A program made the position numbers and the translations under genes. DNA of 64,000 nt from Pelomyxa schiedti (Eukaryota > Protista > Evosea). Under the pieces are notes generated by a model, which made no database searches, had not been told where the DNA came from, and saw nothing but the letters and a program-made list of their open reading frames with translations. Shown one piece after another: positions 40,412 to 52,176 of the stretch; position 1 is the stretch's first letter; the number at the start of each line of letters is the position of its first letter. The stretch spans positions 1-64,000 of the forward strand of contig JAHLWZ010000197.1 of assembly GCA_020536535.1 (NCBI GenBank), read 5' to 3'.

Positions 40412-42430
40412 ATGAACTTGCTTATCGTGTTTGCGACTGTGATCGTGTTGGTTGCGTCGCTGGTGTGGCGGTGGATTCGCAAGGTCAAAATATTACCGCG
40501 TCTTTGCGTTGTTATATTATTTTTATATTTTTTTTCTTAAGCAAGACCAGCCTCGCATTCCTAAGGATGAGAGTTTCACACTACCGCCAGTCATGCCCGT
40601 AGAACAACCCGCTACAGCAATTTCAGAGCCTGACAAAACTCTTGAAATTTCCTCTCCTCTGCCTGAATCCGCAAGTCCGCTATCCGAAAGTCCGCTTGAA
40701 GCAAATAAAGAAACAGAACAATGCGTGCTAATAAAAGAAGCAGAAGTGTCACCTGAAGCACTAACCTCTACTGTCGTGACGCCAACGAAACCTGTGGAAG
40801 ATACAACACCAGTTCACTTAGTTGCTTTTGACCATGTATCACCTGACTCGGCGAATATTACCCCTAAGGAGCCAACTGTCCCTCCAGCAGAGTTAGTACC
40901 ATTGACAACGGAACCACACGAAGAGCAAATTATCGTACCAGTAGAACCTGCGGCCAAACCCCCTGCAGTAGATATCCCTCTACAGCATGAAGCACTCTCA
41001 AGTGAACCTGAAGCTCCAGCAATCTCTCATGATGACAAGCAAATTGGAGAGCTAGTAACTAAAGAATCCGTCATAACCAACCAAAAAGACTCAGAAGTGG
41101 TTGTTTCTCCATTGTCTCCAGAGGCACAAACGGTTGCATTGTCTTCAGAGACACAAACGGTTGTCGCCACAGGTGATACGAAAAAGGAGCCTATACCTTC
41201 CCAAGAGTCCACCCACTCTGAGATTAAGCCTGCCCCGAAACCTGTGGAACCTTCAAAACCATCACCAGCAGTACCGGTTCCAACACTGTCACAACCTTCA
41301 TTGCCAGCACAACTACCTCATTCCGTTCCTAAGACAGTTCCTCCAACCCCACCAACACACTCCCCTGCCCCACCCCCTAAAAGTGCGGCAGCACCACCTC
41401 AAGTGTTACCTGTGGTGAGATTCCAAGGTGGAGAGCTATTACAGCGACTACCTTCATATTCAGCTGATGGTCCAGCCAACCACTGGTTCCCTATGGATGG
41501 CACATCACTAAGTGTATGCTTCAATCCACACATTTCCCAAAGTGACTGTATCCAGGTGCGTGGACTCCACTATCTTACGGATAAAATCAAATACCCCTCA
41601 GCACCAGCTGGGTTGGATCTGTTTGCCTTGGATATTATCAAAGTAAGTAATGGACTTACTGGTACAGATAACCAAAAACCCTTAGTCATCACGGAGGATA
41701 GATCACATTATGGATCACGCACAGTGCCCATTGAAGCCCGTCATCGGAAAGACGGCAACCAAATACTTTGTAGTTTGTTTCCAGGTAAAGTATTACCTTG
41801 ACAAATTCAAAAACTGACCCTCTTCAGGTTCCCATGGATGGCAATGTATTGCACTTTAGTGCTTATTCAAAGATTCCAGATCCACCAAACCCTCGATTAT
41901 CAGAGCCAGCGTACTTATTTTTCTTAACCAAATACTCTTTGACGCACAAGTTAGATGGAGGATGCTTCAGAAGTGCATGAATCCTTCAACACCAGATTCC
42001 TACCGAAACACTCGTCTGAAGATCATTCCATCATTGGCAGTTGGGAGTTGGCTAGCAAAAAAAGCAGGTTGCGTTTTACCAATAATAACCTTGTCTGATT
42101 TGGTCAAGTTGGAAACAAGCCGGCAATTCTTGGTAACAAGCTAACTTGCAAGTAAGTCCTCATCTGTGCTAAAACTCAACTAAGTGGTTATTGTCCAGGT
42201 ATTTTGCACGGCCAGACTACCTTGAAATAGATGTGGATGTGGGGTCAAGTTACGCCGGCACCTCAGTTTTCAGTGTAGTTCGCAGTTACGTAAAGGGACT
42301 AGTGGTTGACTTGGCAATGCTATTCGAAGGACAAGATATATCTGAACTCCCAGAGCAAATTCTATTTGCAATGCGGTTGTATCACGTGGACTTGGAGACG
42401 CTTTTCCAGAAGATACCGCGGTACAACTAA
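40412..42430 (+). CDS. EDR2 C-terminal (DUF1336) domain protein with an N-terminal signal anchor and Pro/Glu-rich linker
   Basis: MNLLIVFATVIVLVASLVWRW; VRGLHYLTDKIKYPS, RNTRLKIIP, YLEIDVDVGSS, ELPEQIL. Confidence 0.85.
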
Positions 42431-42589
42431 GCCCAGCACACAGTTGTGCCCTTGTGCCTGCAACACAAGGTGGACCAAACACAACTAAAATCAGTGCCCT
42501 TCAGTTTTGCCAAAGAAAAAAACCGCCTTCAACACATCAACTTCAAAAAAAAATCAAAACAATTCATCACGTCTTTGCGTGGTGTAGAG

Positions 42590-43531
42590 ATGTTTTTTGT
42601 TGACTGGGTGTATTGGGCACTCAACAAGTACTTTGGTTTTTGGGAGAAAAAGGCGACTCTGCTGTTACTTGGTCCGTTTCGTGGTTTCATTCGCACCGTG
42701 ATTGGGTTTTGTCTCATACTTGTATTTTTCTAGGGCTGGACAATGCTGGCAAGACAACCCTCTTGTTCGTTTTGCTTTTTTTTTCTTTTTTTGGGTGGCC
42801 ATTAACTTGCGTGGTCACAGGTACAAACTCAAAAATGATACAATTACCTTTTTCTCTCCAACACAAAGGCCTTCACTAGAACAGCTGGCATCTCTCTTTT
42901 CCCTCTGTAACAAAACCAACCAAACTCAAACACTAACGCCACATTATCCAAACTCCCGACAATTACCGTCTGATACCAAAATTCTAACATACGGTACACA
43001 CACAACAGCGTATTGGAACATGCACTCTCACTACATATGACCTTGGAGGACACAAAATGGTTAGAGAAATGTGGCGTGACTATTTCATGGGCACAGACGC
43101 TATTGTTTTCATGGTTGATGCTGCAGATACTGCAAGAATCCCCGAAGCTCAAGCGGTTTGCCCCATTTTGTTCCTTTGTTTGCCTTATCTTATCTGTTAG
43201 GAACTTGCTGGTCTTCTTCAGGACTCACAACTTAATGATATTCCAATAGCAGTTTTTGGGAATAAGTGTGACATTTGGGTGCATAAAACAAAAAAACTTA
43301 GATCCCACTCACTCCTCACTAAGGACAAAGCTCTACCTGGTGAGGAATTTGTGCGCTCAATGGGACTGGAACCATATCTAAGTCCTGGAAACACACGGCC
43401 AGTCAGGGTACGAACCCACATTCTGGTCCCAGTCTTATATGGCTCTTACACAGGTTTTTATGACCTCTCTGGTACAAGGCACTGGATATCCTGATGGTTT
43501 GGAGTGGCTTGTCTCACAAATAGGAAACTAA
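42590..43531 (+). CDS. SAR1: Sar1 small GTPase (COPII), 6 introns
   Basis: MFFVDW, LLLGLDNAGKTTLL, SPTQRPS, YDLGGH, GNKCD, GLEWL. Confidence 0.92.
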
Positions 43532-44174
43532 TTTGGAGTTTAAAAAAAGAAACCCAGTTTTGTTTTACCCCTTATTTCAAAAGTTTTGAACTTTGAATGG
43601 TGACGCAGGACTTGTTGACGATTGAGGTTCACTTTTGCCAGCCGCCGTCACCCACACCAACACACAGTGATCATGATGCCTTTCATTGATTGAATGAACT
43701 AGAAGAATCCACTTTTGCAAATATCTTTTCTTTCTTTGTACATGTTCATGATATCATGTCACCCACCACCCACCCACCATGTCAACCACCGTGCCAAATT
43801 GACAGAAAAATAAAAAAAAACAAAGGAGCACGGAGAGGAGCGGGGCTGAGGCAGCAGCACCGCGAGCGAAAGGTTCCGGTGCGGGACTTGGGGTAAAATA
43901 CAAAAAACACCCCCGTTATTGAGGCCACACTTCCCGTTTTTCTCCCACTAACAGCAAAACCATTGTCACACACGACGTTAAGAACGAAACCCATGATGGG
44001 TGTTCGGATTCTTGTCTTTTTTTCAAGCAAGCGCGTCTCGTATCGTCAGAAAATTACAGGGGAATGCGATTGGGGTGGGAAAACGAGAGGGAGTTTGTGG
44101 TAAAGGGAGCGGGAAAAGCAGGAAGAAATGCAGAAAAAGATGCGGGAAAAGCACCGGTCAGGGTTTCTAGAAAC

Positions 44175-44274
44175 NNNNNNNNNNNNNNNNNNNNNNNNNN
44201 NNNNNNNNNNNNNNNNNNNNNNNNNNNNNNNNNNNNNNNNNNNNNNNNNNNNNNNNNNNNNNNNNNNNNNNNNN
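44175..44274. other. Assembly gap (100 N)
   Basis: Run of N. Confidence 1.
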
Positions 44275-44788
44275 TGTATAAAATGATTTCTCATAGGCTT
44301 CAAAATCAAGATTTTCCCCAAGCAAGGCAGTATAACTGGCGGGTTGATGTTATGTACTTTTTACAGTTCTTCCCCTCTCACTTCTTTTCCTCTCACATGC
44401 TCTTCCAGGTCGATGTTATGGGCGTATTTCCTCATAATCCTAACTTAGCCAGCGTGTTTTGTAAGTTTGGCAGTACTATAGTTCCTGCCAGACTCGTATC
44501 AGAGTAAGTCCCTTCTTTTAATCCCCACCCTCACCACATTCAAGAGACCTCATTAAAGTCATTACACCTCAACATCCCGCTGGAGTCGTATCACTCGAGG
44601 TTTTTGCACTCATATCTGCCTTTATATCTTGCATGTTAACCAAACTACAGGTCAGCATAGACGGCGGGATTAATTTTACTACCAACGGGAACCTCTTCAC
44701 ATTTTTTGAACCCACCCCACCTTGGTTGACAATCCCCGTTCCTTCTCACGCTGCTGGTGCCGTACCACTTATTGGTGAAGGCCACTAA
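44275..44788 (+). CDS. 3' part of an IPT/TIG-domain protein (5' end lost in the gap)
   Basis: IFPKQGSITGG, VFCKFGSTIVPA, ITPQHPAGVVSLEVSIDGG.NFT typical of IPT/TIG. Confidence 0.75.
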
Positions 44789-44852
44789 AACAAACTAGAA
44801 ATAAACACAAGAAGAAAAAAAATATTTTTTTTGGAAAACAAAATTCCCAAAT

Positions 44853-47583
44853 TCAAGAAGAGGTCTTAGCTTTTCTTGTGTTGTAGCTCTTAACTAACTT
44901 CAGGAATCGTTTGTCCTCAAGGGCCTCTTTGTTGTTCCGTTTTTTCTTCTTCTGAAAACATGTGAGTGTGATAAAATGCAAGTGAGTTTGTACTGGTGGT
45001 GCTAGTGGCTTCTCGGCATAGTATTTTTCCAATTCAGCATCAAACGGGTCTTGGTTTCTAGGAGGAGGCCGCTTTTTCCCAGCAGCGGGGGTCTCTACTT
45101 CTTCTGTAGTGGTATTAGATTCCTGTTCCAAAAAAAAATATAAAGGTGAACATTTGGCACCTTCTTGGCGTTTTTTCTTGTTCTCACGGTGGCGGAGGTT
45201 TTTTTGTTTCTGCTTCTCTTTTTTGGAATCACTTATTGGTGTTGCTTCCTTAAATAAAATTAGTTGGTCCTGTGTACAAAAGTGCTAGAGACCAAATTCA
45301 ACTCTGCTAGAGCCTTTTTTGTCTTTTTTGCTTTTTTTTGTTGTTTTTCAAGCAATTTTGCCTTCGAAGTTTAATGGTTAAAAGTAAATTAGGATGAGTA
45401 CCTGCTTTGCTTCTTCTTTCCTTTTTTTTCCTACAGCCAAGATTTTCCTTTATCTTATATTACTTATTTGTGACCCTTGTTTATAACTTCTGAAGTATTT
45501 CTTCGAAAGAATGAAATACATACTCCAGTTTGGCAACAGCTTGGGCATTTTCAATGGAGAATTCTGGATTGGTTTCATTTCTTCAAAATTCGAGAGGTTT
45601 TCCCATACCCACAATAGGTCTCTTTTCTTCTCCAAATATATCAGGATTATTATTGAGATACTCTAGGGCGGTCATAGCATCATCATGCTCACGGAAATCT
45701 AAGAACCCAAATCTGTTGGGTTGCTTAGAGACTAAGTTCAATGAGAGAGGAGTCTACCCAAAGGATCTAGGTTGACCAGATTCTGTTTTTCTTTCGCTAT
45801 CTCGTTTCAGCCATACCCTCTTACCTTCATTAGATCATACAAGTAAAAGCAATGAATACCCAAAGGGAGATTTTTCCCAGCTTATCAGTAACTAATTGTG
45901 AGAGCTCTTTTTCAGTAACTTTTATGGGAATGTTTCTTATACTCAATCTGTGTCAAAGCGAATTAAACATGTACCACTAGATTGGTATTGACAAACCTAG
46001 TACGGCTAACAAAGTAATTTGGGTTCTTCAGCTTGAATTTCTGTTTAGAAAGACATTAAACTCAATGCAAGTAAGTAGGTATTTGCCACAACTTTATTTT
46101 GATAGGCAGCAAGACGCTTCCGCATATCATTTTCAGAAAGGCCCATTTCCTTTCCTTCAGCAGGTGAAATGTCTACAAGTATAAGATTGAAAAGATGTCG
46201 AGTAGTTGCATACATCCTACATCTGCCAGATGCAAGTTTCTCTTGTCTTCTTTTTCCTTCACAGTTTTTTTTGACAAGACAGCTTGAGTGGCATCTTGAC
46301 GTGAGAGCGCCCTTGTGGACAAAGGATTGAGAGTAAAGCAAACTACTAAGAGGATACTTGGAAATTATAAGATTTCTGCCATCGACGATAATTGAACTTT
46401 CTGCCACTTGATCACTAGAGGAACCTCCAACTTGAAGGTAGCTAGGATATGCTTCAAGCATAACTGCTCAATCTGTGAGTCAAGGGAATATAAGAAGGTG
46501 TGTAACCTTTAGTGACAGAATCGGGTCTGTTGAAAGAAACAAATGCAGTTCCGCGGGATCGTTGCATCTCCTCATCCATCACTATTTTGCAGTACTTTAT
46601 GGTCCCATATTTATGCATCCTGTTTGGAAGATAAGCACAAAACAGATATTGAATCCAAAGTAAGCACTTCTCAATCAAATCTTGCTCTGTTGTATCAAAT
46701 GACAAATTCCTGATAAAAATTGTGCATTGCAACTCCTCTTTTTTTTTTTAAAGAAGGAGTAAGTGGACAATTACAAAAAAGATGTCTTACTTTTCTTATC
46801 GACATCGCCTTCATTCTCACTTTCTCTCTTTGGAACTGGGGCACGTTTCCCGACTCCAGATTTAGTTCTGTTGTCAGTCTCCTCGTCATAATCTTCTTCA
46901 TCCTCTTCGTTGTCCTCGTCCTCGTCGTCATTGTCATCGTCATCTCCCTCTTCAGTATCATTCCCATTTTCATCTTCGCTGTCGGAGCTATCATTAAAGT
47001 TCACACCATCATCTTCACTCTCGTCCTCATCCTCATCCTCGTTCTCGTCGTCATCGTAACCGTCTTCGTCACGACTGCTCTGTCTCGTTGGCTTCCCACT
47101 CATTCCACCTCTTCCCCTCCCCCCCATTGTGGGATTCCCCCGTCCCCTAGCCATTGGCACCCCTCGCCCTCTGCCTCGTCCAGGTCTTCCCCCCCTCACC
47201 CCCGACTCGGCGCCGCGCCCTCTTCGCTCCTCGCCACCCCCGCCCCGCGGGGCAGCAGCAGCAGCACCTCTCCTCGGTCCCAGCCCGCCCCTCCCGGTCC
47301 CCCTCCCCCTTTCGCTTCCTCTGCCAGTGCCCCTGCCTGTGCCTCTGCTGATTCCCCTACCACCCCGCGACGCGTCGCCTCTTCCACGAGTCCCACGGAG
47401 GGGCCTTCCTGCAGTTGCATCTCTTGCAGCGGGGGAAGCCCCGCCGCGACCGCGAGCACTGCCGCGGCCCCGACCGCCGACGCCGCGCCCGCTACCGCGA
47501 CCGCCACGGCCACGAGAAGGCAGACCACGTGAGCCACGCGCAGCACCCCGCCCTCGAGAGCCGCCCCGACCTCTGCCACTCAT
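44853..47583 (-). CDS. RBM28: RBM28/Nop4-like nucleolar RRM protein with an N-terminal RGG box and acidic tract
   Basis: TIFIRNLSFDTTE, RSRGTAFV, DKRNLHLA, KLKNPNYFVSRTRLSIRNIP, NNPDIFG, RPIVG motifs. Confidence 0.85.
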
Positions 47584-47668
47584 GATTTTTATTGTTAATT
47601 AACGGGAGCAACTGCTACGAGATCAATCACAGAGAGGAAAACAAATAGCTTTTTAGCGTAGACACGAA

Positions 47669-48975
47669 ATGTTTGGCGTTGTATTTTGTGCGGTTGTGAC
47701 GGTTGGCCTTGTGAATATCGTCGCGGCCGCAGCGGACGTGACAGCCGGGAATTTGTTGATCACCCAGCCCAATGAAGTTTTCACACAGAACTATCTGGCT
47801 GAAATGACACCCGAGGGCAAACTCGTCCAATTCCTTGATCTGGGTGGCACAACGCAACCAATAGGCACCTCTAATTGACTTTCAATTAAAAGTGTCCACG
47901 TATGGTTATTGACCACCTACGTACCTCCGTGTTTTTTTTTTTTTTTTGAAGATGTGGGCTTTGATATAGAAGGCACTCTCATACTTCTGGACTTTAGAAA
48001 TGGTGTCCATCAATTCACAAGGAGTGGGGAGTATCTGGGGTTCTGGGGTGATGCTAATCCTACATATTTGACAGGTACATTACCTGTTCGTCAATATAAA
48101 AATAATATTTCTCTGATGTTGACAGGGGAATCTTTCTTTGACATGACATTGGACAATGAAAAGCAGGTCTATATTATTGACCTCGATCCTACAAATCAGC
48201 CTTATGCACGAAAGCCTGTTATTTACAAGTTCAATAATGTACAAACTTCACAGTTTTTGTGTTAGACTCACAATTTTAGACAGGCGGATATGCGGGAGTT
48301 GCTGTATCCCATGATGCTGGTCTTGTTTCCCCAGATATGGTTGCAGGTAAAAGACTAACAGAAAAACGGCGAGTTAAAATAACGTTCACAAAAAGTTGAT
48401 GACTTTGGGTCTATTTGGGTTGTTGACTCTGGCTATGTTAAAAAGTTCAGTGCTGATGGAGAATTTATGAATGAATACCAGTATCCTATCGCCGATGCCT
48501 ACATTCTATCTGGAATCATGGCAGAAAATGGACTCATCTTTGTTGGAGGTACCTTTTTTTTCCCATTCCTGAGAATTTTATACCTGTTGCCACTCCCCTA
48601 ACAACCAAAAGTTGATTGTGAAGAAAATGTTCATCCCGATAATGTTCTTGTGATTGACTACGAAGGCAATCTGTTGCTAGATATACCCCTTGAAGGCATG
48701 CGATACAGCAAATAAAAACCCTCCTTAACTAGTAGTAATGGAACTCTTAATAATCCCGGTTCTCAGGAAACGGAGGTGGATGCCCAGCCGGAATGGCCCT
48801 TGAGCCAGAAACAGGCCTGCTCTATGTTGAGAATTCTGACTCAGAGATAATTGGAACACAACACATTCAGGTCTACAACTATACCTCAGGAACCTTTGTG
48901 AGGGACTTTGGGGGTGCTGGTTGTGGTGTTCCTCTGTGCCAGACTTTCAATGGAATAGCCTTTGTGCCCTTTTAG
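47669..48975 (+). CDS. Secreted NHL/6-bladed beta-propeller-like protein
   Basis: Signal peptide; repeats such as PIDVGFDIEGTLILLD, PDMVAVDDFGSIWVVD, PAGMALEPETGLLYVEN. Confidence 0.75.
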
Positions 48976-49147
48976 GATTCAAGAATCCATCTAGACCCAC
49001 AAACACTTGGTGGTTCCATCGAACTCACCAGTCAAAAGGGCTTCTTGGAAGAACCATCAAAAACCCAAATTAAAAATCCTTCTTTATTTTTCACCGTTGG
49101 ACACAGATGCCCTGCCATAAGAAAGAAAAGAAAACAGCACACCTGAG

Positions 49148-50869
49148 ATGATGCGTCGCGACAAGGACAATGGTCGCCAACACTCGGAACCAACGCCAGT
49201 TGCTCGATCTAGATCTAGTTCCCCCCATGGAATCGTCGCTCGTACAACAACACCCAGTGCCGCAGAGATCTCCGTGTCTTCACACGTGTCGGAGATCCAA
49301 ACTAGCGCAACGACTACCACAAATCAGCAGGTCCCACAATTGAGTGAGAGAGGAGCCCCGTCGTCGATATTTCGCACTAGAGCGGTACCAGCACTCACAG
49401 CAGCCGCTTCTTGGAGCCCCTTGGCAGGCACTGATGGCGTCGGACCAGACCAGAGTGAGATGACGACCAACTTGCAAAGGAAAGAAAAGAGATCTCCCGA
49501 ATCACGTGTCGAGAGCAAAAACGAGACCAAAAGATGTCGTACAAGGAACCCAGTTTCACGATCTCGCCCGATGGTCAATTTCGTCGCGCGTCCAATACCC
49601 AATGCCGAGATCCGAAGAAGAAACCCACTTCGTGCACGTGCCCCAGCTGCTAGATCTAGATCTCGCCCAACGGTCAACTTCGTCCCTCCTGCACTCTCCG
49701 AGATCATAACATCGCCACCTGAATCAAAGCCTACAGACTTCCCACAAGCAGAGCAGTTGCCGCCGCCCTGGGGGCGTTGCGAGATGGCGGCTTCCTACCA
49801 CGCCCTGAGGGCGAGGGATCAGTTGTTGGCCCTGCTAGCAGGAAGCGTTGGCCGGAACACCAGCCCAGCCAGTTACCTGCCAGCCATTCTGATCAAGTCC
49901 GAGATTGAGCACTACGTGATGCACGTTGACACTAGAGTAGTTGTGGCGAGAACTTACAGGTACTGCGTCAACTTGCCCCACTTTTTGATTGGCATTTCCC
50001 AGACACTTGGTGTGGTGGATTTGCTGGCGGTGGGCATCCCTCAAGATATGTATTGGTTCGGGCACTATGCCTGCACCTTCGAGCTAAACGACGAGATTGC
50101 TATCACTGACTACAAATCCATGAGCGTTTGTGAACCGGTGAAGCTGGAAATTGACCTGGAGCCGGGCCTGAACTGGCATCTATGTGCTGGAAGAAAGTGG
50201 ACAGTTGTTTGGTTCCGAGGCTCATCCTTTCTGGTGATTATTCCATCCAATGGACTGCAGCCTTGCAGGACATCAAAGAAAGTTGTGGATTGCCTAACTA
50301 CTGCGTTTGCCGTGTTCACTCTGGGCGACTACGAGGTAGTCGTCCTTGGAATCAATATGGCTGGGACTGACGTAGTGTGTGTGAACTTGGAAAAGACCTA
50401 TGAATCTGGCTATCTCTCTGTCTCTGATAAGTTTGCACGCCAACAAGTCGCCAAGAGGTGCTTCGTTCTCCACTCAAAAATCCACCACGTGGTACTGTGT
50501 GAGTGGGATGCCTCAGAAAAAATCTGGATACTAACTGGGTTGAGGAATCCTCCGCAATGCAGCGAGGTGGTTGGCAGATTCTATTCTTGGTGGATGGCGC
50601 ACATAGACAGTACCCACTTTATTGTTCAGGAAGCCTGGTACCGTGTATTTTCCACTGATGACTTCCTCAACCCACTGTGGGAGTTTACAACGGGCGACGA
50701 CGGCGAGTTCGTATTTGGAAGCTTGGGATTTCTGGTCATTTCTTGGGCTCCGGGAAGAATTGACTTGGTGGACCCTATCTCCCGCGTTTGTATTTTGCAG
50801 ATACTAGGCGGTCCTGTGCGGTGCTCCCAGACAGTGCTGTACGCCGTCTATCCTATTGTCCCCTTCTGA
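49148..50869 (+). CDS. Intronless hypothetical protein of the same family as 38699-40078, with an R/S-rich N-terminal extension
   Basis: 573-aa uninterrupted ORF; ARDQLLALLAG..SP..LP..HYVM, IGIS..GVV, VNLEKT. Confidence 0.75.
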   Translation: MMRRDKDNGRQHSEPTPVARSRSSSPHGIVARTTTPSAAEISVSSHVSEIQTSATTTTNQQVPQLSERGAPSSIFRTRAVPALTAAASWSPLAGTDGVGPDQSEMTTNLQRKEKRSPESRVESKNETKRCRTRNPVSRSRPMVNFVARPIPNAEIRRRNPLRARAPAARSRSRPTVNFVPPALSEIITSPPESKPTDFPQAEQLPPPWGRCEMAASYHALRARDQLLALLAGSVGRNTSPASYLPAILIKSEIEHYVMHVDTRVVVARTYRYCVNLPHFLIGISQTLGVVDLLAVGIPQDMYWFGHYACTFELNDEIAITDYKSMSVCEPVKLEIDLEPGLNWHLCAGRKWTVVWFRGSSFLVIIPSNGLQPCRTSKKVVDCLTTAFAVFTLGDYEVVVLGINMAGTDVVCVNLEKTYESGYLSVSDKFARQQVAKRCFVLHSKIHHVVLCEWDASEKIWILTGLRNPPQCSEVVGRFYSWWMAHIDSTHFIVQEAWYRVFSTDDFLNPLWEFTTGDDGEFVFGSLGFLVISWAPGRIDLVDPISRVCILQILGGPVRCSQTVLYAVYPIVPF

Positions 50870-50919
50870 ACATAACAAGAAATTTCTTTGTGCAAGACGA
50901 AAACAACAGAAAAAAGAAA

Positions 50920-52050
50920 ATGAAAGGGGCAGGCATCGATTACTCGAAGTGGGAACACATCGGCGAGGACACGTCAGGGGAAGAGGGCGATAATGATGAT
51001 GGTGACGATTGGACACCCAAAGTACTTTGATTTCGATGTCAGACCATGACCTTGTTTTATGCATTTAAATGTCACTGTGGAGTATCTATTGCCTCTTTGT
51101 TTTTTTCTACATTTTCTTTAGGTGCACAAGTTGGATGGCAGCAGCAGGGTTACTTTTGGCAAGGGCGAGGTCGCGGTGGAGCCCAGTTGCACAACGAAAG
51201 CTGCAACAGTCCATACCACCACTTGCTCTCGTACAAGTGACAGAGAAGATACCCCTATTGTGAAGGGAAGTGGTTATGTGGCTTCATCTCCAAACCCAAA
51301 CTTGCATTACCCTTCCACTACACTTCTGTATGGCGTTCTTCTTTTAGACCTTCCCTATTCTCACCTTCAAATAGTGCCAGTTATTCTCGAAATGGATGCC
51401 AGTATCCCACCCATCTTTGGTCACAAACGAAACGCGAAGTTTATATCTGTGTGTTTGTTCCTATTGGCACACGGGCGCGTGATGTACGTGTGCGTGTCAC
51501 TTTGCACACAGTCAACAAACAGGCACATCTCTCAGTTCTCCCCGTTGCGCCAAATAAAGCTGCCTATGTGGATGCCGACTTGGCTTACGCTATTTCTGAC
51601 AGTGAAGAAGACCTTGTATGGCAAATCCGGTTTTCTCCATGCCCTTCCTCTCCCGCAACAAATACTATCTCTTCACTACTTCCGCTCACACTACAACCAC
51701 ACCAGGAGTCCTGCTACAGCTTAGAAGACTGGGATGCCACTCGCCGCATTGTGCGAATAGAATTGCACAAAGTTCTGTTTGAAGGAGTTGCTGTTCACTG
51801 GTGGGCTCGTGCCCTTGCCACTGACCCGGAGCTACCTGAAGGTGCCCTTGTGGACCGTGACTCTCGCCCTTCTACTACTGAGGCCAGTGCAAAGTGGAAA
51901 AGTGCTTGGGATGAAGCTCATGCAGCATTCAGACAAAAGGTAATTCCTCACTCCAAATGCTAACCAAGTGCCTTATTCGTCCTATAGGTGGCTACAAACA
52001 AACCAATTGAACTGGACATGGAAGAAAGCGATGAAGAACAAGAACCTTAG
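50920..52050 (+). CDS. NudC-type CS/p23-domain protein
   Basis: IDYSKWEHI; NG...LWSQTKREVYICVFVP.GTRARDVRV; IELHK...WW..AL. Confidence 0.75.
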
Positions 52051-52176
52051 AATCAAAAATCCAAAGAATTCCAAAATTAACACAAAAAATACTATCATCA
52101 CTCATTTCGGTCAGATTGGTTGTGACTGTTGTCCCTGAAAAACACTTAGTTCCAAAAAACAAGAAGAAATGAGTGC

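Noticed and set aside
41110-41163. 27-bp tandem duplication in the DUF1336 linker
   Set aside because: Ordinary in-frame slippage in a disordered region; not CRISPR-like
43560-44174. Possible ncRNA or short gene before the second gap
   Set aside because: No convincing tRNA, snRNA or snoRNA motifs and no coherent ORF; probably promoter/UTR sequence
28770-52050. Chaperone cluster (HSP90 x2, Hip, NudC CS protein)
   Set aside because: Genes are tens of kb apart and interspersed with unrelated genes; chance is sufficient
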